Assembly: GCA_964016885.1 (NCBI GenBank)
Contig: OZ024750.1
Span: forward strand, 33,976,001-34,040,000
Reading direction: 5' to 3'
Source: Eledone cirrhosa
Taxonomy: Eukaryota
DNA: 64,000 nt
Shown here: positions 48,549 through 63,935 of the stretch, piece after piece
How the letters are laid out: the number at the start of each line of letters is the position of its first letter
How positions within the stretch are numbered: the stretch's first letter is position 1
Program-made: the position numbers and the translations under genes
The notes under the pieces: model-generated
Seen by the model: the letters and a program-made list of their open reading frames with translations, nothing else
Told to the model about the DNA's origin: nothing
The model's database searches: none

Positions 48549-49098
48549 GCTACTATCATTATTTGTATTATTATTACTATTACTACTACTACTATTATTA
48601 TTTATATTATTATTATTACTATTACTTTGGTATATAAGCTAAGACTATAAAGAAAAAGATCAATTTCCTAATCCATATAAGATTGCTATATTGATGTTAG
48701 TATCAATATTTTGTTTCATATTTCAATATAGTAACTCAACTATTTTATGCTGATTAGACAACCTTTATGTTTTATAGGAACAAAAGCAACAAACTAACTA
48801 ATTCATTTTATGAGGCTTAAGTGAGTAACGCGACATATAAATGCAACAATATTATTTTACATAGCAGAATTTGTCAGATCTGATTTATAAATATAAGCAA
48901 AAATCATTACACGAAACCCATAAAATAAATAAGATACTAAAAAAAACAAGAACAAAAATATGCACTAATTTATTTTGACCAAGCCAATACTTGTGTATTT
49001 TATTACAATTGATGAAATTGGTGAGCGAATGTTCTTGGCATTCATTTGATTCTTGATAGAAGATTGAAAAATGAAGTGTTCTCAATAAAATTTGAACA

Positions 49099-49162
<64 letters not shown>

Positions 49163-49892
49163 GAGAGAGAGAGAGACTAAATAGAGAAACACAGAGAGAG
49201 ACATTTAGTATTTATTTTGGCTTAACCCTTTAGTATTTAGTGATTTCGCAACTTATTTCTACAGCTGAGTGAACTGGAGCAATGGGAAATAAAGTGTCTT
49301 GCTCAAGGACACAATGCACCACCTGGTCTGAGTGTAGGCTTAAAATATAGAACCCCAGCAGCACAAAAAAAACGAGCTGTTAAAAGGTAGGATGAACTCC
49401 TCAGAGTCAACATCCACCCCAACTATGGGTTAAATAGCCTCACCAACCTGCAATTGGCCAAACCTCTGATATGACCAAAACCAAACAGAAAATGATGGAG
49501 GTCAACAGGGAGGGTTTCTCCAACAGGAGTGAAAAGGCCATAGATTGGATTGAATATACAGTGGGTCTCTTCTTGCTTACATCTCACTCACGTCGGACGT
49601 CTGTACCTTTCGCTCATGAAATCAACCCAGCTTATGCTGACCAGGACTACCATGTTGCTTGTGTTTTTCCTTTCTTTGGTTTGCTTTTATCCTTCTCTGT
49701 TGTTCACTTGTCCCCATCGCTTTACGCAATTTACTGGTCCCAATAACTTTTTTTAGTTATTGTTCGCACCAACCTGAGGTATATGATTTTTAATACGATA
49801 AAATACCAATGATGGTTGGAAAATCACTGACGAAGGACTATTTTTATCATATGTAACCCATGTGCAACCACGCAGTATTCTTCTTTCTTCTC

Positions 49893-49960
<68 letters not shown>

Positions 49961-50522
49961 AGCAAGTATTGCACCAAGAAAAATATAAATGTCGAGGTGA
50001 TGGAGATTAGGAATTTATTTGCTTTAACATATGTTTCCCTGTATATTATAATCATCTACATATGCTGACTACAATATATATTGTTCAATTATATGCAATA
50101 CTTAATCATTTATCACAATTCATCAGAAATCCTATAATAGTGGATGTGACTATTCATTATGCAGGAGAATTCAGCAATGGATTTTCTGTAAATAAGCTAA
50201 AAATAGAATGAAATACAGTCAGTTAGTGTGATAATAGAGAGGAGAGGGAGTGGGGATAAAGAGTTTCACACTATCAGTCTGTGTGCTGTGATGTGGAACA
50301 ATTATACTTTGACCATTGGTATGGGTGAAGGTTTTGATGTTTGCCATATATGGTCGAGAGGGAAGAGAAGGTATAAAGAGGACAGAAAAGGGTAGAGTGG
50401 GTAAGGAGGAAGGGAATGAAGAAAATGAGATTGTTTTGAATATTTCTGAATTCTTTGGGTAGGTGTGGAAAGTTCAAATGCCACAGGAAATGTACCAAAT
50501 AGGATGTAGTAAAACCTAGGTA

Positions 50523-50820
50523 TTAGGGATCGAATCTTGTTCTAGGATTGTATTTAGCGAAGGTTTTTAGAACCTTGTGTTTGCAATTAAATACCCTATT
50601 GTGCTGGGAATTTAGAAGGTCCTTTCCGGTTGCTATTTCAATTACCTCTGCCAAATATAGTTCACAGGGGCGTCTTTCATTTCGGTATGGATGGGTGAAT
50701 TTTAGCACGGACCATTGTAGTGTGTATTCAATGTTAGCCCGCTTCAGATCCCAGATTTTTTTCACCAGGCCCATAGATCTAGCTAAACAGGGTTTTCTAG
50801 AAAATATTCGAAGTGGCACC
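50523..50820 (-). mobile_element. Penelope-like element, C-terminal GIY-YIG region
   Basis: KKIWDLK...YTLQWSVL...PY....PCELYLAE..I....LLNS.....CKH resembles the PLE endonuclease C-terminus; starts at a (TA)n tract. Confidence 0.75.
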
Positions 50821-52013
50821 CACATATATATATATATATATATCTATTCCCAGTTTAGATTTTACTACACATTGGTAAATGATGTTTTTGTACAAACAGT
50901 TACCTGATAACAGACAATTGCTAGGATTTCTCCAGTTGCAGTTTGTCCGTGTTAGTGTGTGGCTTCTTCTTCAGTTCCAGTGTTGGTGTTATTCCAGATA
51001 TTTTCTTGTAGCTCTGGATATGCACGTGAAGTGGAGAGATGTTGGTATATGCAGGTGCTGGTCTGCTGTGGATGCTCCTGAGGATTCAGAGTATATATCG
51101 AAACATGGCCATCCACCCCAACAATGGCTTAAATAGCCTCACCAACCTGCAAATAGCCAAACGTATGGCTTCACTCCTGATATGACCAAAACCAAACAGA
51201 ATGTGGTGGAGGTCAATGAGGGAGGAGGTTTCTAGAAAAGGGGTGAGAATGGATTGGTTTGGGTATTTATTAAACATTTTGTTACCATATTTCTAATGAA
51301 AGATATTGCCTATGATTTTCAATCAATTTTGAAAATAATCAAGAATTTGTTATTTAATAATATAACTAAATTTCTAACTATTAAATCAATATCTGGAATA
51401 TAACTTAACAAAGGTTCTTAAATTTTAATGTAAGATTTTTAGATAAATATAAAGTGTTTAAAATAAGCAGTTTTGTGTCATTGAACCAGGAGCAGTTTCA
51501 GACAACTGGATATCAAAAAGGATCAATAATAAATATTGATGAAAGCAAGTCAGTATTGTTTATTATAAAATATATTTAAGTGGTTAACTCTTTTGATTCC
51601 AACCCTTGTTAACAGGGAAAATGAATATTAAAGCAGCAATGATGATGATTTGCTATTATATGGGTTTGTAATGTAAACTTAATTGACAAGGTGCAGGCAT
51701 GGCTGTGGTCAAGAAATGTTCTTTACAACCACATGGTTTTAAGTTCTTCCCTACTGAGTGGCACTTTAGGCAGATGTCTTTGACTATAGCCACATTCCAA
51801 TCAAAGCCTATATATATATGTCACCTGGGTGTTGGAGCAGCAACATCAAAACTTGCTCAGGTCATATCTATTGTATAACAGATACCACTGAAATATATAC
51901 AACAGTAACAAGGTAATCAATAAAATAATGTAAGATTCAAATAAACTGACTTCATCTTCATTACACTCACTCACTCACACACATACACTCATACGCACAC
52001 ACTCTCTCACACA

Positions 52014-52086
<73 letters not shown>

Positions 52087-52325
52087 ACACACACTCACAC
52101 ACACACTCACACACACACTCACACACACACTCACACACACTTTCTTTAATGTTGGTGCCACAAAATTGCACCCAATACACCTTGTTAGGTGACTGTTGAT
52201 AGGAAGGGCACCCCACTGTAGAAAACCATGCCTAAAAGATATGTCAACAGTATAATGACCTCTCAAGTATTGGTCATCTACACAATAAATACATCCAGTG
52301 CATGCTGTAAAGTGGTTGGTGATAG

Positions 52326-53533
52326 GAATAAAAACTTCCACTTACTCCGGAATAGAACTTCCGCTTACTCCAGAATAGAACTTCCGCTTACTCCAGAATA
52401 GAACTTCCACTTACTCCAGAATAGAACTTCCGCTTACTCCAGAATAGAACTTCCGCTTACTCCAGAATAGAACTTCCGCTTACTCCAGAATAGAACTTCC
52501 ACTTACTCGAGAATAGAACTTCCGCTTACTCCAGAATAGAACTTCCACTTACTCGAGAATAGAACTTCCGCTTACTCCAGAATAGAACTTCCACTTACTC
52601 CAGAATAGAACTTCCGCTTACTCCAGAATAGAACTTCCACTTACTCGAGAATAGAACTTCCGCTTACTCCAGAATAGAACTTCCACTTACTCGAGAATAG
52701 AACTTCCGCTTACTCCAGAATAGAACTTCCACTTACTTGAGAATAGAACTTCCGCTTACTCCAGAATAGAACTTCCACTTACTCGAGAATAGAACTTCCG
52801 CTTACTCCAGAATAGAACTTCCACTTACTCGAGAATAGAACTTCCGCTTACTCCAGAATAGAACTTCCACTTACTCGAGAATAGAACTTCCGCTTACTCC
52901 AGAATAGAACTTCCACTTACTCGAGAATAGAACTTCCGCTTACTCCAGAATAGAACTTCCACTTACTCGAGAATAGAACTTCCGCTTACTCCAGAATAGA
53001 ACTTCCACTTACTCGAGAATAAAACTTCCACTTACTCGAGAATAAAACTTCCACTTACTCGAGAATAGAACTTCCACTTACTCGAGAATAGAACTTCCAC
53101 TTACTCGAGAATAGAACTTCCACTTACTCGAGAATAGAACTTCCACTTACTCGAGAATAGAACTTCCACTTACTCGAGAATAGAACTTCCACTTACTTGA
53201 GAATAGAACTTCCACTTACTCGAGAATAGAACTTCCACTTACTTGAGAATAGAACTTCCACTTACTCGAGAATAGAACTTACACTTGCTCGAGAATAAAA
53301 CTTCCACTTACTCCAGACTAGCAGACTAAAATTTCCACTTACCCGAGAATAGAACTTCCACTTACTCCAGAATAGAACTTCCACTTACTCCAGACTAGAA
53401 TTTCCATTTACTCCAGAATAGAACTTACACTTACTCCAGAATAGAATTTCCACTTACTCCAGAATAGAATTTCCACTTACTCCAGAATAGAATTTCCACT
53501 TACTCCAGAATAGAACTTCCACTTACTCTAGAC
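52326..53533. repeat. 23-bp tandem satellite, ~52 units
   Basis: AGAATAGAACTTCC(G/A)CTTACTC(C/G). Confidence 0.96.
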
Positions 53534-53594
53534 TAACAAGTTACATTTCCCCTCAGATTGTATTAGACTACAACATATCTTATACCTCTACCAT

Positions 53595-53794
53595 NNNNNN
53601 NNNNNNNNNNNNNNNNNNNNNNNNNNNNNNNNNNNNNNNNNNNNNNNNNNNNNNNNNNNNNNNNNNNNNNNNNNNNNNNNNNNNNNNNNNNNNNNNNNNN
53701 NNNNNNNNNNNNNNNNNNNNNNNNNNNNNNNNNNNNNNNNNNNNNNNNNNNNNNNNNNNNNNNNNNNNNNNNNNNNNNNNNNNNNNNNNNNNNN
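53595..53794. other. Assembly gap (200 N)
   Basis: Run of N. Confidence 0.99.
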
Positions 53795-53861
53795 CATTAA
53801 TATACTCACTCAATATCACAATGTATTCAGTGGTATTCCTGGTTCTCATACTGCAGACAAT

Positions 53862-55375
<1,514 letters not shown>

Positions 55376-56317
55376 TCTATGTGCGTGTAGATATAGATAT
55401 TCACACACAGACTTTCACCTCTGATTACTTACAAGTCTGCAATACAATTTATTGTAGAAATCTATTATAATATCTTGTATGGAATGCCTTCCATTCCATC
55501 TCTGTCATCTGAGATGAAAATCAAAAGAAAGACAAATCTTTTATAAACTTCTATTTGCATAGAAACTTCAATTTCTGCTTTTTTTGTTATGCATCATCAC
55601 CATCTTCATCTTTTAACGTTCATTTTCCATGCTAGCATGGGTTAGACGGGTTGGTCCTATTAGAGGCAAGTTGGGTCAGGTGACTGTCTCACTCATATAG
55701 GACTGTTTCTGGCTAGATTTCTACAGCACAATGCCCTTCCTAATGCCAATCACATTTACAGTGTGTGCTGGGTGCTTTTTGTTGTGACACCTACATGACC
55801 ACCTTTACAGTGTGTGCTGGGCGCTTTTTGTTGTGGCACCTACATGGCCAATTTACAGTGTGTGTGTTTGTTATATGTACTTTCTACATCTTTTATTACA
55901 ATTATAATGAACTTATCACACCTTATTTGATTCATTTCCTTCCACTCCAATATAACCATTAAATCTACTCTTGTCAATGTATTCCATGGCTTTTCTCAAA
56001 AACATGAAGTACCATATCATCTTTCAGCTCTGCCAGGAGTTGCAACCAGCAGATAGTATCAGCAATGGAAAGACTGGTGGAAACAGTGTTTCCTTGGTCC
56101 GATTTGACGAGTTCCAACCCCACTCCGTAAGCAAATGAGGTCTGAGATCTTGTCAATCAAACTCTACTCTATAGGTATGGATTGGCCTGGGGTTCTGGTA
56201 AATGACATTTTTCGAAGATGTCACACAGAGAGATTAAACCTGGCACCTAATAATTGTGAAGTGAACCTCTCAACGATTTAGCTATGCTCCATCTATATGT
56301 TAGGGTTGCATCCTTCA

Positions 56318-56401
56318 AGGGTTAGGGTTAGAGTTAGGGTTAGGGTTAGGGTTAGGGTTAGGGTTAGGGTTAGGGTTAGGGTTAGGGTTAGGGTTAGGGT
56401 T
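56318..56401 (+). repeat. Interstitial (TTAGGG)n, ~14 units
   Basis: Direct inspection, one variant unit. Confidence 0.95.
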
Positions 56402-56459
56402 CATCAAATTGAACTCTTATTTCAATCTGGTACTTAGTTATTCAATTTATTTTCAACAC

Positions 56460-57345
56460 TTACAGGACACAAAGGGAAACCACACGGCACACACTAATAT
56501 GCACACACACACACACTGACAAGGAGACAAAAACACACACATACAGTGGACACAAGCATACACACACCCATATTGATATACACACAGACACTGACAAGGA
56601 GACAAAAACACACACATACAGTGGACACAAGCATACACACACCCATATTGATATACACATAGACACACACTGACAAGGAGACAAAAACACACACATACAG
56701 TGGACACAAGCATACACACACCCATATTGATAAACACACATACACACACAAGGACACACACACACTGACAAGGAGACAAAAACACACACACATACAGTGG
56801 ACACAAGCATATACACACACTGGACACATACACACACACACTCACAAGGAGACAAAAACACACACACTCACAAGGAGACAAAAACACACACACACACATA
56901 CAGTGGACACAAGCATACACACACCCGTATTGATATACACACATACACACACAGGGACACACACACACATACGGTGGACACAAGCATACACACACCCGTA
57001 TTGATATGCACACATACACACACTGGACACACACACACACACTCACAGTCACAAGGAGACAAAAACACACACACACCCGTATTGATATACACACACTGGA
57101 CACACACACACTCACAAGGAAACAAAAACACACACACATACAGTGGACACAAGCACACAGAGACAGGCACACACTCACATAGAATGGGCTTCTGCACAGT
57201 TTCTGTCTATCAAATTCCACTCTGAAGTATTTTGATCAACAAAAGGGGGCAATAGTACCTACTGAAAATGACATCCAGTTGAACCATACACAAAGACGAA
57301 GGTTGTGATTCAAACTATGGAACCACACAGCCATATCTGCACCTA
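56460..57345 (-). mobile_element. tRNA-derived SINE (57180-57345) with expanded CA-based minisatellite
   Basis: GGGCTTCTGCACAGTTTCTGTCTATCAAATTCCACTC..CCACACAGCCATATCTGCACC; relatives at 18730, 21430, 51690. Confidence 0.65.
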
Positions 57346-57699
57346 TTATCTCTCAATAAATAGCTTATTTCATAATAAAACTATATCAAATGATATATCT
57401 AATACTTAAGTATCTTTTCTGATTTCCACTCTCCCTCCTACCAGTAAAGCTCAAAGAAAACTTGGCTTCTTATTGTCATATATTTGAATATTTTATAAAT
57501 CTTGTTTTGCAGCTTTTTTTTTTTCTTCGTCTTGATTTGGTGAACCATGAAATGTGAATTGGGAATAACTCCAATGTTTCACCTTGAAGCATTGAAGTCT
57601 GTCTTTATTATAAAGACAATACAACAAAGACAGAAAATATAATACCTGTCACAACTGCTGTATTATTTCTATAAGAAATTATAATCTGTTATTGATTGT

Positions 57700-58910
57700 T
57701 ATCAAGTAGATTTTATAAATATTTGGGTTATAATAGTAAACTTAACTGAAATTTAAAATTGTGGTTCTATAAATATTAATCAGTTATAGTAGTTAACTTA
57801 ACTGAAATTTAAAATTGTGGTTCTATAAATATTTGTTTCTACTTTTAGGCACAAGGCCAGCAATTACCCAGTGTATTACTGGTACTTTATTTTATCGACC
57901 CTGTAAGGATGAAAGGCAAAGTCAGATTTGAACTCAGATCGTAAAGGGACGTAACTATGCTGGAAAGCATGGCGTCCGACTCTCTACCGATACTGCCAAT
58001 CCACCGCCCTACTGCCAATCCAACCTGTGGTTCTATAAATATTAATCAGTTATAATAGTAAACTTAACTGAAATTTAAAATTGTGGTTCTATAAATATTA
58101 ATCAGTTATAGTAGTTAACTTAACTGAAATTTAAAATTGTGGTTCTATAAATATTAATCAGTTATAGTAGTTAACTTAACTGAAATTTAAAATTGTGGTT
58201 CTATAAATATTAATCAGTTATAGTAGTTAACTTAACTGAAATTTAAAATTGTGGTTCTATAAATATTAATCAGTTATAGTAGTTAACTTAACTGAAATTT
58301 AAAATTGTGGTTCTATAAATAGTAATCAGTTATAGTAGTTAACTTAACTGAAATTTAAAATTGTGGTTCTATAAATATTAATCAGTTATAGTAGTTAACT
58401 TAACTGAAATTTAAAATTGTAGTTCTATAAATATTAATCAGTTATAGTAGTTAACTTAACTGAAATTTAAAATTGTGGTTCTATAAATATTAATCAGTTA
58501 TAGTAGTTAACTTAACTGAAATTTAAAATTGTGGTTCTATAAATAGTAATTAGTTATAGTAGTTAACTTAACTGAAATTTAAAATTGTGGTTCTATAAAT
58601 ATTAATCAGTTATAGTAGTTAACTTAACTGAAATTTAAAATTGTGGTTCTATAAATATTAATCAGTTATAGTAGTTAACTTAACTGAAATTTAAAATTGT
58701 GGTTCTATAAATATTAATCAGTTAAAGTAGTTAACTTAACTGAAATTTAAAATTGTGGTTCTATAAATATTAATCAGTTATAGTAGTTAACTTAACTGAA
58801 ATTTAAAATTGTGGTTCTATAAATATTAATCAGTTATAATAGTAACTTAACTAAAATTAAAATATTGGTGCTGTAAATATTTATTTTATAATAGTAAACT
58901 TGAATAAAAT
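57700..58910. repeat. 56-bp AT-rich satellite, ~18 units
   Basis: AATATTAATCAGTTATAGTAGTTAACTTAACTGAAATTTAAAATTGTGGTTCTATA. Confidence 0.95.
57834..58025 (-). mobile_element. SINE-A inserted in the 56-bp satellite
   Basis: 18-bp TSD TGTGGTTCTATAAATATT 57816-57833 and 58026-58043. Confidence 0.92.
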
Positions 58911-59699
58911 TAACTTTTTGATTCCAAAAATATTAGTGTTCATCATCATCGTTTTCCACACTAACATGGGTTAGATGGGTCACCCCATTTGAGGTAAGCT
59001 GGGTCAGGTGACCATGTCTTATTGATGTAGGACTGTTTCTGGCTAGTCTTTTATACCCTTCTTAACGCCAACCACATTTACAGTATGGGCTGGGAGCTTT
59101 GTGTTGTGACACCTACATGGCCACTTTACAATATGGGCTGGGAGCTTTGTGTTGTGACACCTACATGGCCACTTTACAGTGTGGGCTGGGTGCTTTGTGT
59201 TGTGACACCTACACGACCACTTTACAGTGTGGGCTGGATATGTTTTGTTCAGTGTAAGAGTGGGTAGGAATATTAAACTTAACTAAAACTTCTATCATAA
59301 ATTTTTGGTCACATATTCCTTGGCTCATATTCAAGTATGAAATAAGATTATTTTTAACTGCATTAAATATAAGTTTACACATAATTTTAATTAGAATTCT
59401 TCCACATACATTCTACACTGTACTCAGTAAACTGATAGTTCTCCCCTAAGTAGGAAAACTTCTAAAAAAAAAACACAAAAAAACACCAACAAGTACTTCA
59501 GGTAAAAATGTTTAAAGTTTTCTGTTAATGAGCTTTATTAGAAAAAAACTACTTAAAAATAAGTTTACTATTTAACTTACTCTTCAAACAATTTGATTTG
59601 TTTAAATTGACACAGTAGTACAAACCATTGTAAGAAGGTTTTTATTTGATGTAGGAATGTAATGTTTCAATTAATTATCTGGTTATTGTGAAATGTAGA

Positions 59700-60010
59700 A
59701 ACCTGGCCTGTCTGGGAGGTCAGAAGTCTCTGAGACAACAGATCCCTTGCCTGCCTAAGAGGTCAGAACCCTTACTGTGAGATGGAGACCCTTGACCTGT
59801 CTTGGAGGTCAGTAGTCTCTATTGTAAGACAACAGATCCCTGGACTGTCTGGGAGGTCAGTAGTCTCCGAGACAACAGATCCCTTGCCTGCCTAAGAGGT
59901 CAGTAACCCTTATTGTGAGATGGAGACCCCCCCCCCCCCTGACTTGTCTTGGAGGTCAGTAGTCTCTATTGTAAGACAACAGATCCCTGGCCTGTCCAGA
60001 AGATCAGCAG
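59700..60010. repeat. ~45-bp unit in ~137-bp higher-order copies
   Basis: Recurrent GAGGTCAG..GACAACAGATCCCT. Confidence 0.75.
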
Positions 60011-60087
60011 CCCCTCCTCAATACTGACCTGGTCTGTCGATCCATGCAACTTTTGTTAGCAAGGAAACCGGACATTAAAATGATAAT

Positions 60088-60268
60088 AGTTTCTACTTTT
60101 GGCACAAGGCCAGCAATTACCCAGTACATTACTGGTACTTTATTTTATCGACCCCGTAAGGATGAAAGGCAAAGTTAACCTCGACGGGATTTGAACTGGG
60201 ACCATAAAGGGATGTAACTATGCTGGAAAGCATGGCGTCCGACTCTCTACCGATACTGCCAATCCACC
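60088..60268 (-). mobile_element. SINE-A
   Basis: TSD TAAAATGATAAT 60076-60087 and 60269-60280. Confidence 0.92.
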
Positions 60269-60987
60269 TAAAATGATAATGATTTTAAAGTATCATGTTG
60301 GTTAGTTTGTGATAAAAGAAATCTTATTTCAAGGTTGTAGTTATTTTAAGAACTATTTCTGGGAATTCTTATCACCATATTTTGTATCTCAATATTTTCT
60401 ATTTCTTTTATTACCTCTCTTGCCATTCCTTGTTATATATCCACTGGTTCTCTTTCATATCTCTCACATCTCAACACACTTCCTATTAATATTCTCTCTT
60501 TACAGTTTAACAACATTCTGAACCATCATATAATTTTATCTTCTTCCTTGTTTTATCTCACCTTCGTATTTGTTTTTATCTAAACTAGCAGAAACACCAT
60601 CTCTTGGGCAGTGTTCTGCTACATCACTCGCACACGCACACACAAAGGTACAGACAGAGGTACACACATACACACATACACAGAGGTGCATGCACGCCCA
60701 CACAGGCACACAGTCACATGATCACAGGCATGAACTCAAACACACACACACACACACATACATGGAAACAGGCACAAACATACACACAGATGCACACAGG
60801 TACACACACACACTCCCACATACAGGCACACTCCCACATACAGGCACACTCCCACAAACACACACACACACACACACACACACAAGCCCCCCCCCCCAGA
60901 TGACTGCACACAAATACAACACTCACACATACAGATAAATACACAATACACAGTTTTTTTTCAGATTTATAAAACTACATTATTTAA

Positions 60988-61191
60988 CCCTTTAGCATTT
61001 AAACCGGCCATATCCGACCAGAATTCTCTCACCTCTTTCTGTTCAAACCGGCTATAACTGGCCACTCATACTGATGTTAAGGTATTGTTCACAAAATAAA
61101 TAACATCAAAATCTCATAGATTCAATATTATGTGAGATAATTATGTAAAATACAACAATAGTATATAGAGAGTAATGTAAATGCTAAAGGG
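60988..61191 (-). mobile_element. piggyBac-type MITE with perfect 14-bp TIR CCCTTTAGCATTTA
   Basis: TTAA 60984-60987 and 61192-61195. Confidence 0.92.
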
Positions 61192-61457
61192 TTAACCCCC
61201 CCTTCCCTAACGTTGCCCCTTCCCTAACCGCCCTCCTATTGTGTACAAAACACATTAAGACAATTTACAATATTTTTGTTTGTAATGATTTAATCATTAA
61301 ATTGAATATTTAAGTCAATCGTAAATATTAGAAGTTTTAATATCTGAAGACATTTGTAAAGTTAATTTTATATTTGAAATTATAAATGGTATTTTTAAGG
61401 ATTATCTATCTTTCTTTTCTTAAGGCACAATTTCTGTAAAAGAGTTTAAAAAAAAAT

Positions 61458-61705
61458 AATAGCAACAATAATTATGGTCTAAAATATATATTATAATAGC
61501 AACAATAATTATGGTTTGAAATATATAATATATTAGCAATAATAATTATGGTTTGAAATATATAATATATTAGCACAATAATTAGGGTTTGAAATATATA
61601 TTATATTATCAACAATAATTATGGTTTGAAATATATATTATATTAGCAACAATAATTATGGTTTGAAATATATATTATATTAGCAACAATAATTAGGGTT
61701 TGAGA
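61458..61705. repeat. ~37-bp tandem repeat, ~6 units
   Basis: TAGCAACAATAATTATGGTTTGAAATATATATTATAT. Confidence 0.88.
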
Positions 61706-61781
61706 TATGAAATACTAATTTCAATTATCTTTCTGTGGTGTTAAATGTTATTAGTACTAATTCATATATTTTACTATTTAA

Positions 61782-61965
61782 ACCTTTAGCATTTCCATTA
61801 TTTTCTAGTATATTTTCTCGGTAAAGGCTTTACCTCACATAGTTATCCACTTAATATAAAATCTATGAGATTTTGATATTTATTTTAAAAATAATACCTT
61901 TACTTAAGTGAGCAGCTGGATACAGCCGGTTTGAACAGAAAATGCCTGGTTTAAAGGCTAAAGGG
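61782..61965 (+). mobile_element. piggyBac-type MITE, diverged
   Basis: TTAA both sides, internal deletion. Confidence 0.8.
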
Positions 61966-62039
61966 TTAAATTAGTTCATTAATATTCTTGGGGATTTCTA
62001 GTTAAGATCAGTTACCCAAATTCAAAATAAACAAATACT

Positions 62040-62420
62040 TTCTCTCCCTCTCCCAGTTATTCCTGAGAGGGTCATGGGGGCAGAGTCCTCAAACGCTCCT
62101 TCTAGTGGAACCTGTCAAAAGCAAATATCTCCAACTGGATCTCCAAGTGAGACCAACCAACTAACCAAACTCATGGATGTTACCCAACCATCTTGCTTGT
62201 GGTCTACAACTGGGTCTCTTGCCAGTTGGTTTTGCCCCATAAAATCCGTCCAGCGACTTTTTTTTTTTTTTTTCCCCTAAGACATTCTAAACGACACGCC
62301 TGTAATATCTGAGCTGTGATCTCTCAATTCGGAGAAGTAGTGGCACTACCTCTCTCACTCTTTTGTTAGAGTAGCTTTGTATTTATTGACCAGCCTTCTC
62401 AATCCTATTATCACTGGATA
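62040..62420 (-). mobile_element. RTE-like LINE 3' fragment
   Basis: Minus strand PLLLRIERSQLRYY; homologous to 45380-45700. Confidence 0.75.
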
Positions 62421-63053
62421 ATTATCGATAATTTCTACTGGAGAAAAAAAATACAACCCCCTCCCCCCACTATTGATTTATAAATGCAATAAAGCATTTG
62501 ATACGAAGTTTGTTTGTTATTGTTTCTACAAGTGCTGTAGTAATAGGTACAATTATCAGTTGATACTTCTCTCTCTCTCTTTCCTCTCCCCTCTTTCACT
62601 CCTACTCTCCCCTCTTTCACTCCTACTCTCTCTCTTTCTCTCATTCCATCTCTCTCTTCCTCTCCCTCCCCTCATACTCTCTCCCTCTTTCCCTCTAACT
62701 CTACCCCGCCTCTCCCCTTCTCCCCTCCCGTCCTCATCTCCCATTCTCCCCTCCTGCCCTCCTCTCCCATTCCACCCCCTCACCCCTCCTCTCACATCCC
62801 CCCTACCCACCCTTCCTCATTCCCCCTCTCCCCGTCCTCATCCCCCTCTCTCCTCCCTCATTCATCAATCTTACTGGTTAATACAGAGTTTTCTACATAA
62901 TAAATCATTAAAAAATCACTTATTTTTCCTAATAGGCACTTGTTATATTGAACCAATTTACATTGACAGTATCACTATACAATCAATAAAACTTCAATAA
63001 TAGATAGAAATTAGGAATATTTCTCAGTGTTATGGCGTGAGGGTCTTGTGAAT

Positions 63054-63094
<41 letters not shown>

Positions 63095-63178
63095 TACATT
63101 TTTTTTTCCTCCTAAAAATTATTTTCCCTTTCTGCTCATCTCCCCAATAATTCTATTTCTTCTTTAATTTATCATTCT

Positions 63179-63216
63179 GTCTTCTGATGAAGGACTACCA
63201 CCTGAAACGTTCAGAC
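63179..63216 (+). ncRNA. Minimal type I hammerhead motif
   Basis: GTCT-T-CTGATGA-AGG ACTACCA CCT-GAAA-CG-TT-C-AGAC; ACGT palindromic stem III. Confidence 0.65.
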
Positions 63217-63935
63217 TCTTTTTCCTACTATATCAAACGTAAAACTAATAATATATTTCTTTATTGTATTGTGTTGTTTGGTGTATTTCTGTTGGCCTTT
63301 TGCATTCTCTCACTCTTTCTCTCTCTCTCTCCCAAATTAAGGGCAAGTTTTAAAGAAGACTCCTCTAAGATATAGTGGTGGCCATAACTTGACCCCACAA
63401 AACCAATGGTAGCACATTCATGTTAAGTGTATGAAACTTTGTTTATACTAAATAAGTTCTCTTGCAATTGAGCAGTTTGCTTTTATCTTTCATCTAGGGG
63501 TTTCTACTCCCCCCACATATATCAGTTTGACAATCGCCACTGACGAATGCGAGAAAGTTCTCCAGGAATCTTAAAAAAATCTCCCCGCCAAAGTTAACAA
63601 AGGACTTACTAGATCTACAAAACCAAATTGTAAAATTGTATTATTAAATTAAATTGTTTAGAACAACAAGTGAAGTCATTCTTTTCCTTTTTTAAATATA
63701 CCTTACTGAACCAACGATTTCACACATTTTCCAAGCTGATTGGCCTCACAACGATGGTGCATTTCTATAATGCACAATTGTTGCATATGGATCAGCGAAA
63801 CTGTGCAGTCGGGACTTTGAAAAAAAAATAGATATATTTTTGCCTATTATTTCCTCTTATTTTGTAATTTGATATATATATATAAACAAGAAGTGTAAGT
63901 CAGCAGGTTAAAATTACCTTTGTTTATTCATATTC

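Noticed and set aside
49820-49880. CTGACGA hammerhead start
   Set aside because: No downstream GAAA or closing stems; at most a relic
63530-63570. CTGACGA..GAAA motif (similar weak cases at 4110-4165, 38450-38475 and 40555-40605 on the minus strand)
   Set aside because: Stems I and II cannot form
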